Shown one piece after another: positions 36,567 to 50,614 of a stretch of 64,000 nucleotides of DNA. Source of the stretch: Octopus vulgaris (taxonomy: Eukaryota); assembly GCA_951406725.2 (NCBI GenBank), contig OX597816.1, positions 4,526,001 through 4,590,000 of the forward strand. Reading direction: 5' to 3'. The translations under genes and the position numbers were made by a program. The stretch's first letter is position 1, and each line of letters starts with the position of its first letter. The notes below the pieces were generated by a model that saw nothing but the letters and a program-made list of their open reading frames with translations, searched no databases and was not told where the DNA came from.

Positions 36567-36589
36567 CCACCACCATCGTCATCATCATC

Positions 36590-36629
<40 letters not shown>

Positions 36630-36645
36630 TCACCATCACCATCAC
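35977..36645. repeat. Expanded (CAT)n tract; tail of a minus-strand family D copy (36646-36830)
   Basis: Directly visible; abuts ttaacattt.ttttccatgctggcatg. Confidence 0.95.
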
Positions 36646-37039
36646 TTAACATTTATTTTCCATGCTGGCATGCATTTGACAGTTTGATAGGATCCAGTGA
36701 GGTGTAGGGTCACACCAAACCCCAGTGTCTATCCTGGCAGGGTTTCCCATGACTGGGTGCCCTTCCTAATTGCCAACCACTCCACAGGGTGTCCTGAGCA
36801 TTCTTCACCTAACACTAATGAGGTCACCAAGTAATTTTAATTTACGAAGCAAAAAAGAATGGTAAGGAGATGAGAGGCACCGAAACCAATTCTGGTGTTT
36901 ATGACACAAGACTGAAGCTCTTTAACTTAAAGTCAGAGCTTCTAAGAGTTGTGCCACTTAAAAATTGCCAATAAAAACCATAACCCATAACATTCTACGG
37001 TGAAAGACAAAATCGTTGTCACTGCAGAAATGTCTCATT

Positions 37040-37426
37040 GTGGAAGCACTCCGTCGGTTACGATGATGAGGGTTCCGGTTGATCCGAATCAACGGAACAG
37101 CCTGCTCGTGAAATTAACGTGTAAGTGGTTGAGCACTCCACAGACACGTGTACCCTTAACATAGTTCTCGGGGATATTCAGCGTGACACAGAGAGTGACA
37201 AGGCCGGCCCTTTGAAATACAGGTACAACAGAAACAGGAAGTAAGAGTGAGAGAAAGTTGTGGTGAAAGAGTACAGCAGGGATCACCACCATCCCCGGCC
37301 GGAGCCTCATGGAGCTTTTAGGTGTTTTTGCTCAATAAACACTCACAACGCCCGGTCTGGGAATCGAAACCGCGATCCTATGACCGCGAGTCTGCTACCC
37401 TAACCACTGGGCCATTGCGCCTCCAT
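37040..37426 (-). mobile_element. SINE family A, full length
   Basis: 14-bp TSD agaaatgtctcatt at 37026-37039 and 37427-37440. Confidence 0.96.
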
Positions 37427-37522
37427 AGAAATGTCTCATTAAATAACCAGGAAAAACTAAAAAACATTGCTGGCTCTGGGCCAAAATAGGAAACCGTTAT
37501 TGTTATTATTATTATTATTATT

Positions 37523-39170
37523 TAAGGCGGCGAGCTGGCAGAATCATTAGCATCCTGAGTGAAATGCTCAGCGGTATTTCTTCTGCCATCACGTTCTGAG
37601 TTCAAATGCTACCAGGGTTGACTTTATCTTTCATCCTTTTTGGGGTCACTAAATTCAGTACCAGTTATGCGCCTGGGTCACTAATCGACTGATCCTCCTC
37701 CCCAAAAATGTCAGACCTTGTGCTTTTAATACAAAGAATTATTATTATTATTATTGTTTAGGTGCAATGTCCAGAATGTAGGGCACAGGTGATCCTGTCC
37801 AACCCTGATTCTCTGTTCTCTGCATTCTGTAACAAACAGTTCTGCTTTTTCCTGATGTTTTGATGCCTCTTTCTTCCAACCAATTCGTCAATCTTGACAT
37901 CCTTATCATTCTTCTCCTTCCTCTGCTTCTTCTCCATTCAATCTTTCCAATCATCACTAAATTCTTCAAACCCTCATCACATGACCAAGAAATCTCAGTT
38001 ACTTGGCCCTTATCTCACAAATCAGTTTCCTATTTACCCCAGCCCGACACATCACTTCATCACCAGACCCTTTGTCTGTCCATGCTATCCTCAATATTCT
38101 CCTTAATTATTATCATGTAAAGTAAATTTTCCTTGATATCTGTCGTATTTACACCTTACACCCAGGGTGCCACCCAAACACCCAAGGTAGATATCAGAGA
38201 TATTCTTTTAACCCCTTTTTATGATTGTATGATGTCAAGATGTGCTAAGACTGGATTGTGTACATCTTTATGTTTTATGTTTAAATTCTGCACAGGTCAG
38301 CTTTGCCTTTCATCCTTTCGGGGTCGATAAATTAAGTACCAGTTGCGTACTGGGGTTGATGTAATTGAGCAGTCCCCTCCCCACAAATTTCAGGGCTTGT
38401 GCCTTTAGTAGAAAGGATTATTATTATCCTTATTAAGGCAGTGAAAGGCAGTGAGCTGGCAGAAATGTTAGCACACTGGACGAAATACTTAGCGGTATTT
38501 CACCTGTCCCTATGTTGTGAGTTCAAATTCTGCTTAGGTCAACTTTACCTTTCATCAGTTCAGGGTCAATAAATTAAATACTAGTTGAACACTGAGTGTC
38601 GATGTAATCAACTCATCTCCTCCCCCAAAATTGCTGCCATCGTGGCAAAATTTCAAACCATTATTATTATTATTATTATTATTATTTAAGACAGCGAGCT
38701 GGCAAAATCGTTAGCATGCCGGACGAAATGCTTAGCGTATTTCGTCTGCCATTACATTCTGAGTTCAAATTCCACCAAGGTCAACTTTGCCTTTCATCCT
38801 TTCAGGGTTGATTAAATAAGTACCGGTTATGCACTGGGTTTGATGTAATCAACTTAATCCCTTCCCCCAAATTTGCGAACTTGTTCTTTCAGTAGAAATG
38901 ATTATCATCATCATCATCATCATCATCATTATTATTATCATTATTATTATCATCGTTAAGGTTGTGAGCCTGGCAGAATTGTTAGCACGTTGGGCAAATT
39001 GCTAAGCAGCATTTCTTTCATCCTGAGTTCAAATTCCACTAAGATTATCTTTGCCTTTCATCCTATCAAGGTCGATAAAATAAAATAAAAAAATCCAGTT
39101 GAGTCCTAGGGCCAATGTAATTGATTTGCACTCCAAAATTGCTGGCCTTGTGCCAAAATTCGAAACCATT
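37523..39170 (+). mobile_element. Array of five SINE B copies separated by (ATT)n (about 37523, 38270, 38433, 38687, 38957)
   Basis: Repeated taaggc..gagctggcaga heads and tttcatcctttc bodies. Confidence 0.88.
37755..38110 (-). mobile_element. Decayed RTE-like LINE C-terminal fragment
   Basis: LKNLVMIGKIEWRRSRGRRR..LTNWL resembles the RTE GKIEG.R.RGR motif. Confidence 0.7.
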
Positions 39171-39756
39171 ATTATTGTTGTTGATGTTGTTGTTATTAAG
39201 TATTATTTTAGCATTATTATATCCAAAGACTTAAGAACTACACCAAGAGTCTCCTTTCTCGTATCAAAAGGAATTAAACAGATTGCAAAAAAAAACACGT
39301 TGAAACCTGTTCAATGTTATAATACCCCCCACCCCCCACACCACCCCACCCTGCCCAACAAACCTGGGTACTGTTGTGTTCTGGAATGTATCTAAGTTTA
39401 TCTTCATAGGTAATCTGTCAGATCATTATAGTGGGGGGGGGAGAGAGAGTTTCTGCATCGTTCCATTTGTGTTAATTACAAACGGGGATGATTGTCACAT
39501 TCCTTAATTACGGTAATACTTTTAATTCAACATGATCCTAAGTCAACATAATTCCTCAGGTTTTCAGTTCAGTTCTCGTCTACAAGAGAATTACTTCCAA
39601 CACAGTCAACTGACAGTCATTCAAGTATTGGAAAAACTGTTTTGTAGGAAGCATTCCAGTCTTCTTTACGTTGGGGTTCAAATCCTGCTGGAGTCGATTT
39701 TGTTTTTTATCCTTCCAGGGTCAATAAAGCATAAATCTTATGTTTGGGTCAATTCT

Positions 39757-39844
<88 letters not shown>

Positions 39845-40753
39845 TCTCTCTTCCTCTATCTCTCATTCATTCATTCCGAAAGTTTATGTCCCCGTAATTT
39901 AGTGGTTCAGCAAAAGAGACCGATGGAATAAGTACTTGGCTTACAAAGAATAAGTCCTAGGGTCAATTTGTTCAACCAAAGGCAGTGCTCCAGTATGGCC
40001 GCAGTCAAATGGCTGAAATAAGTAAAAAGAATTTTTAAAATAAGTAAAAACACAACAGCCTAACGGGTAGTTTTCAAGACAGCAAGAGTAACAACAACAA
40101 CAATAGCTTTTACTCTATATTGCTCTCGTTGTAGCTGTGTTGATGTAAACCTTGCTTTGGTTCAACACCAAATGGGACAAACAGAATTTTTAGACACAGT
40201 TCCAAGAAAGATTTGGCAAAAGCTAGAAAACTAATCTAATAAGGGCCAACTGAGACAGCAAAACGTGCAGCCGGCCCGAGTTTCCACAACACCTTCGACC
40301 AGAACTCTAGGGGATGGCAGGAGAAATTGCTTTATGTCTAAATATCATATGCAAATGAGCAAACACTTTACCCAGCCCTGCCCTAACAGTAAGAATCAGT
40401 AGCACCACTCCTCCACACCATGGCACCATCCCACCCCATGGTCCCTGGAAAAATAATGGTTGCTGCAGAAGAGACTTTAGAAACTGTTGAAAGAAAAACA
40501 AAGAAGAAAAAAATCTTAAAAATGGAAAAGCAACACAAAAAAAAAGGAAAATGAGTGAAGAGGAAGGGTTTTGAAATAACAATTATATAATAGGTGCAAG
40601 CATGGCTGTGTGGTAAGAGGCTTGATTCTCAACTACATGGTTCTGAGTTCAGTCCCACTGCATGGCAACTTGGGCAAGTGTCGTCTACTATAGCCTTGAG
40701 TTGTCCAAAGATTTGTGAGTCGATTTGGTAGACGGAAACTGAAAGAAGCCAGT

Positions 40754-40782
<29 letters not shown>

Positions 40783-40800
<18 letters not shown>

Positions 40801-40937
40801 TAAGGGCATTACTATACATAAATGCTTCACTCGAGGAGGGACTCTTGAAATGTTTATTATGGTAGTTTTGACTTTAAGAGTCCCTCCTAGCGTGAGGCAT
40901 TTATGTAAAGTAATGCCCTTAATATAAATAAATATAT
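40783..40937. repeat. Fold-back (about 65-bp arms) inserted in the microsatellite of a SINE C head (40592-40765)
   Basis: taagggcattact.tacataaatgc.tcac..aggagggactctt versus its reverse complement. Confidence 0.9.
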
Positions 40938-41279
40938 TTAAAGGGACAGTTATATTGTGTGACATGTTGCTTTTCATCCTTTTGGGGGTCCATTGAGTAC
41001 CAGTCAAGTACTGGGGTCAATGTAATTGACTCTCTATTTGTGTTGGCTTCTGGTGAACCAATATGGATTTATTTTAAACTGTTTGATTTGGTTCCATGCA
41101 CCTTAACGTTTCACAGGCTTCTTACAGAAACCTGGTTCATTCAGGTTCGAATAACCAAATTATAATAATGTTTGTAACTCCTATTAAATGTATCGGAAGC
41201 CATTTTCTTTTCTTTGCCCACTTACTTGTGTGTGTGTGTTTGTACATACACACACACACACATACACACATATATATAT

Positions 41280-41496
41280 TTCTTTACTACCCACAAAGGG
41301 CTAAACACAAGGACAAACAAAGCAATTAAGTCGATTCCATCGACCCCAGTGCGTAACTGGTACTTAATTTATCGACCCCGAAAGGATGAAAGGCAAAGTC
41401 GACCTCGGCGGAATTTGAACTCAGAACGTAACGGCAGACGAAATATGGCAACGCATTTCGCCCGGTGTGCTACCGTTTCTGCCAGCTCGCCGCCTT
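41280..41496 (-). mobile_element. SINE family B
   Basis: Ends tctgccagctcgccgcctt. Confidence 0.92.
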
Positions 41497-42189
41497 CACA
41501 CATATATATGTATATATACACATATTTATATTTTTTGGCATTATGCCATTCTTGAGAAGAAGCCCCAACAAGTCAAATGAAACCACAGTTAGTACCCATA
41601 CCAGCTGCACATAAAAGCACCTATTACACTCCTGGTGTAGTTGGTGTTAGGAAGGGAGTATCCAGCCAAAGAAACCATTCCAAAACAGACTGAGTCTGGT
41701 AAAGCCTCCTACCACTGCCTTACCAGCCCCGGAAAAACTCTCCAACCCATGCCAGCATGGAAAACGGATGTTAGATGATGCTGCTGCTGATGATATATAT
41801 ATATAGATAGATAGATACATACATACATACATACATACATATACATACATACACATACATATATATATACACACATACAATGGGTGGCAATACAGTTCCC
41901 ATCTGCTAAATCCCCTCAGAAGGCATTGGTCAGCCCAGGGTTACAGCAGAAGACATTTGTCTAAGGTGCCACACAATTGGGATTGAACCCAAGACCACTT
42001 GGTTGCTGAGCAAGCCTCTCAACCCCATACCCTTGCCTGCAACATATCCAGAAACTTACAGACCCTACCAAGCTTAGAAATAAACAGCTTCACTAACGTT
42101 AGATTAAACAGCAATATATAAGATAATTCACCATTGCTTTGACCCTATTCTCTCTCTGATATTCACCTGGGACCGTGAGGATATACCCT

Positions 42190-42580
42190 CTTCATTTCTC
42201 TCTCTCTCCCTCTCTCATTATTTCTCTCTCTCTCTCTTTCTCTCTCTCTCTCCTTTCTTTCTCTCTCTCTCTCCTTTCTTTCTCTCTCTCTCTCCCTTTC
42301 TTTCTCTCCCATTCTTTCTCCTCTCTCTCTCTCCCTTTCTTTCTCTCTCTCTCCCTTTCTTTCTCTCTCTCTCCCTTTCTTTCTCTCTCTCCCTTTATTT
42401 CTCTCTCTCTCCCTTTCTTTCTCTCTCTCCCTTTATTTCTCTCTCTCTCCCTTTCTTTCCCTCTCTATCTCTCTCTCTTTCTTTCTCTCTCTCCCTTTCT
42501 TTCTCTCTCTCCTTCTCCCATTCTTTCTCTCTCCCTCCCATTCTTTCTCTCTCTCTCCCTTTCTTTCTCTCTCACTCTCC
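42190..42580. repeat. CT-rich minisatellite (unit of about 20 bp, ccctttctttctctctctct)
   Basis: Directly visible. Confidence 0.92.
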
Positions 42581-44085
42581 TGCCCTGTATCTTCTTTTCA
42601 GCAAGAGACCTGTGTGTGTGCATCACTCTACAAGACTTTCACATCCCTCAATGTGATACCCCACCCCTTAGTTGATGGATTTTGTCTTGCCCTTACTAGG
42701 TGACCTCATGGTACCCAGTACCCTCTGTAAATTGGTTGGCATTAGGAAGGGGCATCCAGTGGTAGAAAACATACCAAAATACACACCGGGGCTCAGCAGG
42801 GTCTTCTGGCATATTTGATGCTGTCAAACCAACCTCCAACCCTTGCTAACATCGGACGAAGATGCTAAACAATGATGATGATGATCATCATCATCGTTTA
42901 ACGTCCGTTCTCCATGCTAGCATGGGTTGGACGGTTCGACCGGGGATCTGGGAAACCAGAAGGCTGCACCAGGCTCCAGTTTGATTCCTAACGCCAACCA
43001 CTCCGTGAGTGTAGTGGGTGCTTTTTACGTGCCACCTGCACAGGTGCCAGGCGAGGCTGGCAACGGCCACGGTCGGATTGGTGTATTACCGTGATGGTAA
43101 TAAATATGTGCAGGTGTGTGTGTGTATGTATGTGTGTGCGCGTGTGTGTGTGTGTGTGTATATGTGTGTATGTGTGTGCATGCATGTATTCATGTGTGTG
43201 CCTGTATGTGTATTACCTTAATGTAAAACTGATGTAATAACATGAATATATGTTTAAGTATTTATATATATACATATAATATATTTATATAAATATATAT
43301 ATATATATACACACATATATATACATACATATATATATACACACACACATATATATACATACATATATACATGCATATATATATATGTATTTACTTCTAT
43401 ATGTATATATGAATACATGTGTGGCAGACATATACTTACATACACATACACACATGCATCCAAGCATATACACACACACATACACGTACGCATACACATA
43501 TGTACACACATACAGACATGCATGCATGTATTCATCACATCGTTTAATCAACACTCCATTAACGAATCTTAAATCACACCAGCTCTCATTAATATTGATA
43601 TTGTACAACCAATAATAAAAATCTTGGCAAACCACACTGTTGTTGCTGAGCAGAAAAACACAGTGTCCCTTCTTTTATGAAACAATCGCTCAGTGTTTGC
43701 CAACATAAAAAAATAAAACAAAATCAAAAAAAAAAACAAAAAAAAACGAATCTTTTACCCATGATTCTCCTTTCACCAAAGATGCCAAAACTCTATTGAG
43801 ATTTTTCTCAAGTGCAATTTTCTCCATTTAATCTTTTCCCTTCTTTTGGCCGTGGGTGTTCTCTTCTCCAATTTATTTTCATTTTAGGAAAATTTCAGAA
43901 ATAAAATTGGCAAAAATAATAACATAAAAATGAATATGTCGCATAAATAAAACGAATTTTCCACGAGAATTTCTTTAAAAATTATTGGCATTATATTTTG
44001 ATTTCATTTAGATTTTTCTTAATTTGATTTGAATTTTTTTTTTCTCTAACAGTGAGAACGCTAAATTTATCACAATTACAGGAAT

Positions 44086-44344
44086 TTTATTACTACTACT
44101 ACTACTACTATTATTATTATTATCATTATTATTATTAGTAATAGTAATACTATTACTATTATTATTATTATTATTATTACTATTATTATTATTACTATCA
44201 TTATTATTATTATTAGTATTATTATTACTACTACAACAACTACTACTACTACTACTACTATCATTATTATTATTACTACTACTATTATTATCATTATTAT
44301 TACTATTATTATTATCATTATTATTATTACTATTATTATTATTA

Positions 44345-44396
<52 letters not shown>

Positions 44397-44605
44397 CGTT
44401 GTTGTTGTTGTTGTCCTTATATTTGTCTGTGCAAATTACAGCTTGAAGACAGCATCATTTACTGATAGCTGTTGGTAACATGGTGATATTCACCTGCTGT
44501 TGGTTAGATTTGATGCAAAAGCTCACCTGAGCAATAAACACCGACCATTTGTCTCACCTGTGCAATGATTAATGACCGCACTGCAGTGTTCAAATGTGTC
44601 CATTA

Positions 44606-44648
<43 letters not shown>

Positions 44649-45232
44649 TTACATAACATTATTGCTACCACCACCACCACCACCACCACCACTAGCATCA
44701 CCTCTAACACCACTACCATCACCACCACCTCTGCTACTGTCACCACTACCACTATCACCTCAACTATCATCATCACCATAACCACTACCACCACCCACCA
44801 CTGACAACACCTACACCAGCACCATCACCACCACCGCCACCAACATCAACACCACCACCTCCGCTCCTGTACCACTACCACTAGCATCACTACCATCACC
44901 ACCACACGCCACCACCATCACCACTGTCACCATAACTACTACCACCACCCACCACTGCCAACAACAACAGCAACAATACCTACACCACCACCACAGCCAT
45001 TTGCCACCACCATCACCTCTGCTCCTGTTACCACTACCACTACCACCACCACCATCACTAACACATGCTACCACCACCATTATCACCACCACCATCACCA
45101 CCACCACCACCACCACCACCACCATCCACCTCCGCTCCTGTCACCACTACCACTATCACCACGACCATCATCATCAGCATCACCACCACATGCCACCACC
45201 ACACCATTACCACCACCACCACCACCACCACT
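44086..45232. repeat. (TTA)n and (CTA)/(CCA)n trinucleotide tracts flanking a unique island
   Basis: Directly visible. Confidence 0.93.
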
Positions 45233-45445
45233 GTTGCTCCCATTATTGCAGTGAATGGAACAGAGCCGGAAATAAGATCCTGCTGAGCCAATGATCTTCC
45301 ATTTCCCATTTGCACCATTTCCAATAAACAGCAGCTAATGTCTTTGGGAAGAGATTTCCATTCCACACCAAAGCATTTCTCTTCCCTAAACATATGACAT
45401 TTTTGACTCTAATCAAAATGTATCATCATCATCATCATCATCATC

Positions 45446-45504
<59 letters not shown>

Positions 45505-45507
<3 letters not shown>

Positions 45508-46020
45508 GGCGGTGAGCTGGCAGAAACGTTAGCACGCCGGGCGAAATGCACTGCGGTATTTTGCCTGCTGTTACGTTTTGAGTTCAAATTCCGCCGAGGT
45601 CAACTTTGCCTTTCATCCTTTCGGGGTCGATTAAATAAGTACCAGTTATGCACTGGGGTAGATATAATCGACTTAATCCCTTTGTCTGTCCTTGTTTGTC
45701 CTCTCTGTGTTTAGTCCCTTGTGGGCAGTAAAGAAATGAGATTATTATTATTATTATTATAATTATTATTATTATTATTAATATTATTATTATTATTGTT
45801 ATTATTGGTGAGCTGGCAGAATCGTTAGCACGCCAGGCAAAAGGCTTAGCAGTATTTTGGCCACCTTTCAATTCTGAGTTCAAATTCCATCCAGTTCAAC
45901 TTTGCTTTTCATCTTTTTGGGGGATCGATAAAATAAATACCTGTGGAACACTGGGTTTGACGTAACCGAATTGGTCCCTTCTCTGAACTGGTTACCCTTG
46001 TGACAAAATTTGAAACTGCT
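45505..46020 (+). mobile_element. Two SINE B copies in (ATT)n (45505-45740; 45808-46020)
   Basis: Head and body matches. Confidence 0.9.
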
Positions 46021-46241
46021 ATTATTATTATTATTTTATGTTTGACTTTTACTTTATGTCTGTACAAGTTGGCTCCAAGTCTCACCCAGAGACCTCAAGA
46101 GACAACAGGTTGGAAGTTCACGTTGTTGTTATCCATAGTGTGCCATATATTTGGGGTTTTATTTTTGGTGTTGTACTAGTGAATGTCTAATAAATAAATT
46201 TAAAAAAAAAAGATTATTATTATTATTATTATTATTATTAT

Positions 46242-46772
46242 GAAAGACTCACGGATAGTTCTTAATAGCCAGTTATTCTTTCCTTGAAAGCAGGCAATAA
46301 CAAATCACCAAAGGTTTCAAGTTGGTGCCTTCTCCTGTGACTCAAAGAGACAATACTCTCCTTAAAATGCGAGCTGTCCCCAACAATGCTGTCTTCTGGG
46401 TCACCTAGAACCTGACAGCAGCCCCAATATTCTTAACATGTTTTGCAAAGCCCTTGGAAACTGCTCCTAATGCTCCAATTACCACAAGGTATCACCATTA
46501 CTTCCCTCATGTCCCATTACTTTCCTATCTCGTCCCGCAGTGGTTGGTATTTCTCACTCTTTTCTCTTTCCTTACATTTCACCCTCGAATATTCTGATAT
46601 TGCAACATCTATCATCTTTACTTCTTTTTCATCTTTATGGATGAGCATGATATCTGGTTGTCTTACCTCTATGACTTAGTAGCACTGCATGTTAAAATCC
46701 CTGAGTATTTTGTAATGTTCATTTTCCATTTCTCCCACTGGCTTCTGTTCAAACCATTGTTTGGCTCTTAAC
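46242..46772 (-). mobile_element. R4/Dong-like RLE LINE 3' fragment, family 2
   Basis: KILRDFNMQ..RQPDIMLI..KMIDVAI..EKYQPL..VIGALG..QKTALLGTARILRRVL; flanked by (TAA)n. Confidence 0.85.
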
Positions 46773-46793
46773 ATTATTATTATTATTATTATT

Positions 46794-48024
46794 CAGTAGT
46801 TTTATTTTTATGGCGTGCTTTCACTTCACTACCGAGCGCAGCTCTGTGTGCCTTAGGTTTGTGCTGTGATTTGTTGTGATGCTCTGATGGTTATTGTATG
46901 GAAAGTGTTCTGTGTAGGATGTGTGCAGTGCCTAGTAGTGCAATTTTCTGTATGTTATTTTTTTTTTTTGCAAGTCCTGGTGTTTTTGTTATGTATTTGT
47001 CTGAATATTTTTTTATCATGCCTAATGCACCTACTATGATAGGAATTGTTTCTGTTTTTAGATTCCACATTCTGGTTACCTCTATTTCCAGGTCTTTGTA
47101 TTTTGAAAGTTTCTCCATTTCTTTTAGAGAAACGTTGTCATCTGCCGGTATTGATACATCAATAAGAAAGCATTTTTTCTTCATGATCTCTGACAACTAT
47201 ATCTGGTCTGTTGGCCTTAATTTCTCTATCTGTGTGTATCGACATATCCCAGAGTACGGTTGCTTTCTCGTTTTCTGTGACCTTTTCTGGTGTGTGCCTA
47301 TACCATCTTTTTTCTGTTGTTATTCCATAATGTTGGCATAGCTTCCAGTGTATGTAGGTTCCAACTCTGTCGTGTCTGTGAATATATTCCTACTTAGCCA
47401 GGACAGGGCAGCCAGAGATATGATTTATTGTTTCTTGTCCATCTCCACATATTCTGCAGTTACTTGTTATATTTCTTTTCATTACATGTTTTTGGTAATT
47501 TCTGGTGGGGAGGCTTTGGTCTTGTGCTGCAATTAAAAATCCATCTGTCTCTGCTTTGAGTCCTGAGCTTCTCAACCATTGCTGGGATTTTTCTTTGTCT
47601 ATTTCTTTTGCATTTAGTTTAGTCCAGTATTTGCCATGAAGGGGCTTTTCTTGCCATCGTTTTATCATGGTTCGTTGCTGTTCTATTTTTAGTTTGGGTT
47701 TCATTTGTTTTATAGCTTTTGTTGTTTCTTCATCTTCTTCTTCTTCTTCTTCTTCTTCTTCTTCTTCTTCTTCTTCTTCTTCTTCTTCTTCTTCTTCTTC
47801 TTCTTCATATTTATTAGGTGGTATGATTTTTTGTTTGTATTTCTCAGCTTCCTTAAATACTGAGAACAGTTTTTTGTTTTGCTCGTGTTTTGCCGCTATT
47901 TGTATCAGTTTTCTTTCCTTCTGAAGTAGATATTTTTGCAGTCCTATGGTGGTTATTTTATAGTAGTTTTCCAGCTGTATAAGGCCTCTAACACCTTCTA
48001 TACGTTGTATATATAGTATTTCTA

Positions 48025-48025
<1 letters not shown>
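46794..48025 (-). mobile_element. R4/Dong-like RLE LINE 3' fragment, family 1
   Basis: LY..R.EG.RGL, LHGKY, AAQDQSLPTRNY, CCHC knuckle CRIC..ETINHISGC, RPD, IDVSIP, KLSKYKDL, QKIALLGTAHIL; (TAA)n on both sides. Confidence 0.93.
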
Positions 48026-48076
<51 letters not shown>

Positions 48077-48740
48077 TACTATTAATCAGCATGTTTGTTA
48101 CAATCTCTTGCCGAGACACTCCCAGTCTCCTGGGGCGACCGAAGGATAAGAGATGTTACAGTAAGACTGAAAGCTTGAAGAGGGGAAGTAGTGAACTGTT
48201 TTCATGTAATACAACACAGACATTTCAATGTATAAGGTTTTCCAGAGGATTATTGCTGTTGTTGTTGCTGTTGTTGTTGTTATTAATGAGACAATGAGCT
48301 GGCAGAATCGTTAGTATGTTGGACAAAATGCTAACTGGAATTTCTTCTGTTTTTTTTCTATTCTGAGTACAAATTCAGTTGAGGTCATTTAACGTCCACT
48401 TTCCATGCTGGCACAGGTCGGATGGTTTGACCATGAACCAAGAAGCTGCAGGACTGAGTTAAGCTTTAGCACCCCAGCCCCATCACTACCTTCTACTTAT
48501 CTCCTTCAGACATGTGTCTCCTCTTCAGCATCACACCTGTGCTTGTCCCTCTACCAAACTTTAGCGTTTTAACACCTGCCGTAAACCCATCAACCTCCAG
48601 CTTCTCCTACAAAATGCTGCTCTTTTAGTAATACCAGCTTTTCCCATTCTTTTCCTTCTGTTCTTTTTTGTCAATTACATGTGAACCTCTCAAGTGCTGG
48701 TGGCATGCACAAACAGAAAGAAAACAAACAGCACCAAGTA

Positions 48741-48773
<33 letters not shown>

Positions 48774-49945
48774 TATCATCATCATTATCATCACCATTAT
48801 CATCACCATCTATGTTCCGAATTCAAATTCCACCGAGGTCCACTTTGCCTTTCATCCTTTCAGAGTCAATAAATTAAGTACCTGTTCTGTACTGGAGTCA
48901 ATCTAATTGACTGGTGCCCTCCCATAAAATTTCGGGCCTTGTGCCTGGCATAGGAAAGATTACCATCACCTTCCTTCATCATCACCATCACCATCATCAT
49001 CACCATCACCATCATCATCATCATCACCATCATCATCACCATCACCTTCATCATCACCATCATCATCATTACTATCATCACCATCATCATCACCTTCATC
49101 ATCGTCATCATCGTCATCATCATCATCACCATCATCATCCTCCTCATCACCATCATCATCACCATCATCATCATCACCATCATCCTCCTCCTCCTCATCA
49201 TCATCATTGACATCATCATCATCATCGTCATTGTTTCAGTGTCCACTGTTCCATGCTTGCATGACTTTCAGTGGACTTTGTGTGTGGGCAAGGTCCTGTG
49301 GTTGGATGCCCTTCCTGTCACCTACTGTCCCCTACTTCTGAGCAAAGAAATATGTCCCCCATGGCCAGACACACCTTTTTTCTTCTTACCTGTTCTACCT
49401 TTAACTTCCTTTCAGTCATTAGACTGTGGCCGTACTGGGGCACCACCTTAAAGAAATTTTAGTCGAATGAATCTACCCCAATAATCATCGGGATGTAAAC
49501 ACACCAACACCAGTTATCATGAGGGTATAGGGGATAAATACACAGACAAGTACACGCTCCCACACACGCCACACATACATGCACACGTACACACAAATAT
49601 GCACACACACAAACATGCACGCACACACACAAACACGCACACACACACACATGCGTGCACACACACACACATGTGTGCACACACACATGCACGCACACAC
49701 ACAAACATGCACACACACAAACATGCACACATGCAAACATGCACACATGCAAACACACACACACACACACAAACACATGCACACAAACATGCATACACAC
49801 AAATGCACATGCACACATACACACATGAACGCAAGCATGCACACACATGCAAATGCACACAAACACACACACAAACACACACAAACACATATGCACACAC
49901 ACTGCCCGAGTTGCTGGTACCTTGAGCCCTGACACACACACATAT

Positions 49946-50170
49946 ATTTCTTTACTACCAACAAGGGGCTAAACACAGAGGGGACAAACAAGGACAGAGA
50001 AACGGATTAAGTCAATTACATCGACCCCAGTGCATAACTGGTACTTAATTTATCGACCCTGAAAGGATGAAAGGCAAAGTCGACCTCGGCGGGATTTGAA
50101 CTCAGAACGCAACGGCAGACGAAATACGGCTACGCATTTCGCCCGGCGTGCTAACGTTTCTGCCTACTCG
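49946..50170 (-). mobile_element. SINE family B adjoining a (CA)/(TGCA) tract (49550-49945)
   Basis: Near-identical to the 9812 unit. Confidence 0.92.
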
Positions 50171-50526
50171 CACACACATAGTCATACATTTGCAAGTGTG
50201 TGTGTGTGTACATATAGCTAGATAGCAAGGCATTTGCCATTTATCACACCAGGGATGATAAGAAATGATATTGCGTGATGGCAATAAATAGTGCTTAACG
50301 GTGGGGCAGATGCTGAGAGGGGAAAGATGAGAATCCTGAAGCCATTTGCCATTGTGGATATTGGGAAAAAGGAAAATGGAAGGATGTGTGTTTGCAGGAG
50401 ATGTTATTATTAAAGTAATAGAGGAGAAAAGGGTTGGGAAGGGTGGTGGTGGTGGTGGTGGTTATGGTGGTGCACTGGCCGTGGTGAAAGCGGTGGTGGT
50501 GGTGATAATGTTCTTAGCAGCCAGAG

Positions 50527-50557
<31 letters not shown>

Positions 50558-50614
50558 GGTGGTGGTTTGGGGGTGTTAGTTGTAACTGTATCAGTATCAA
50601 AAATAATAAGAAAG

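Noticed and set aside
35876-36687. Poly-His / poly-Asp / poly-Met ORFs of 230-261 aa
   Set aside because: Translation of a (CAT)n tail expansion; no unique coding sequence.
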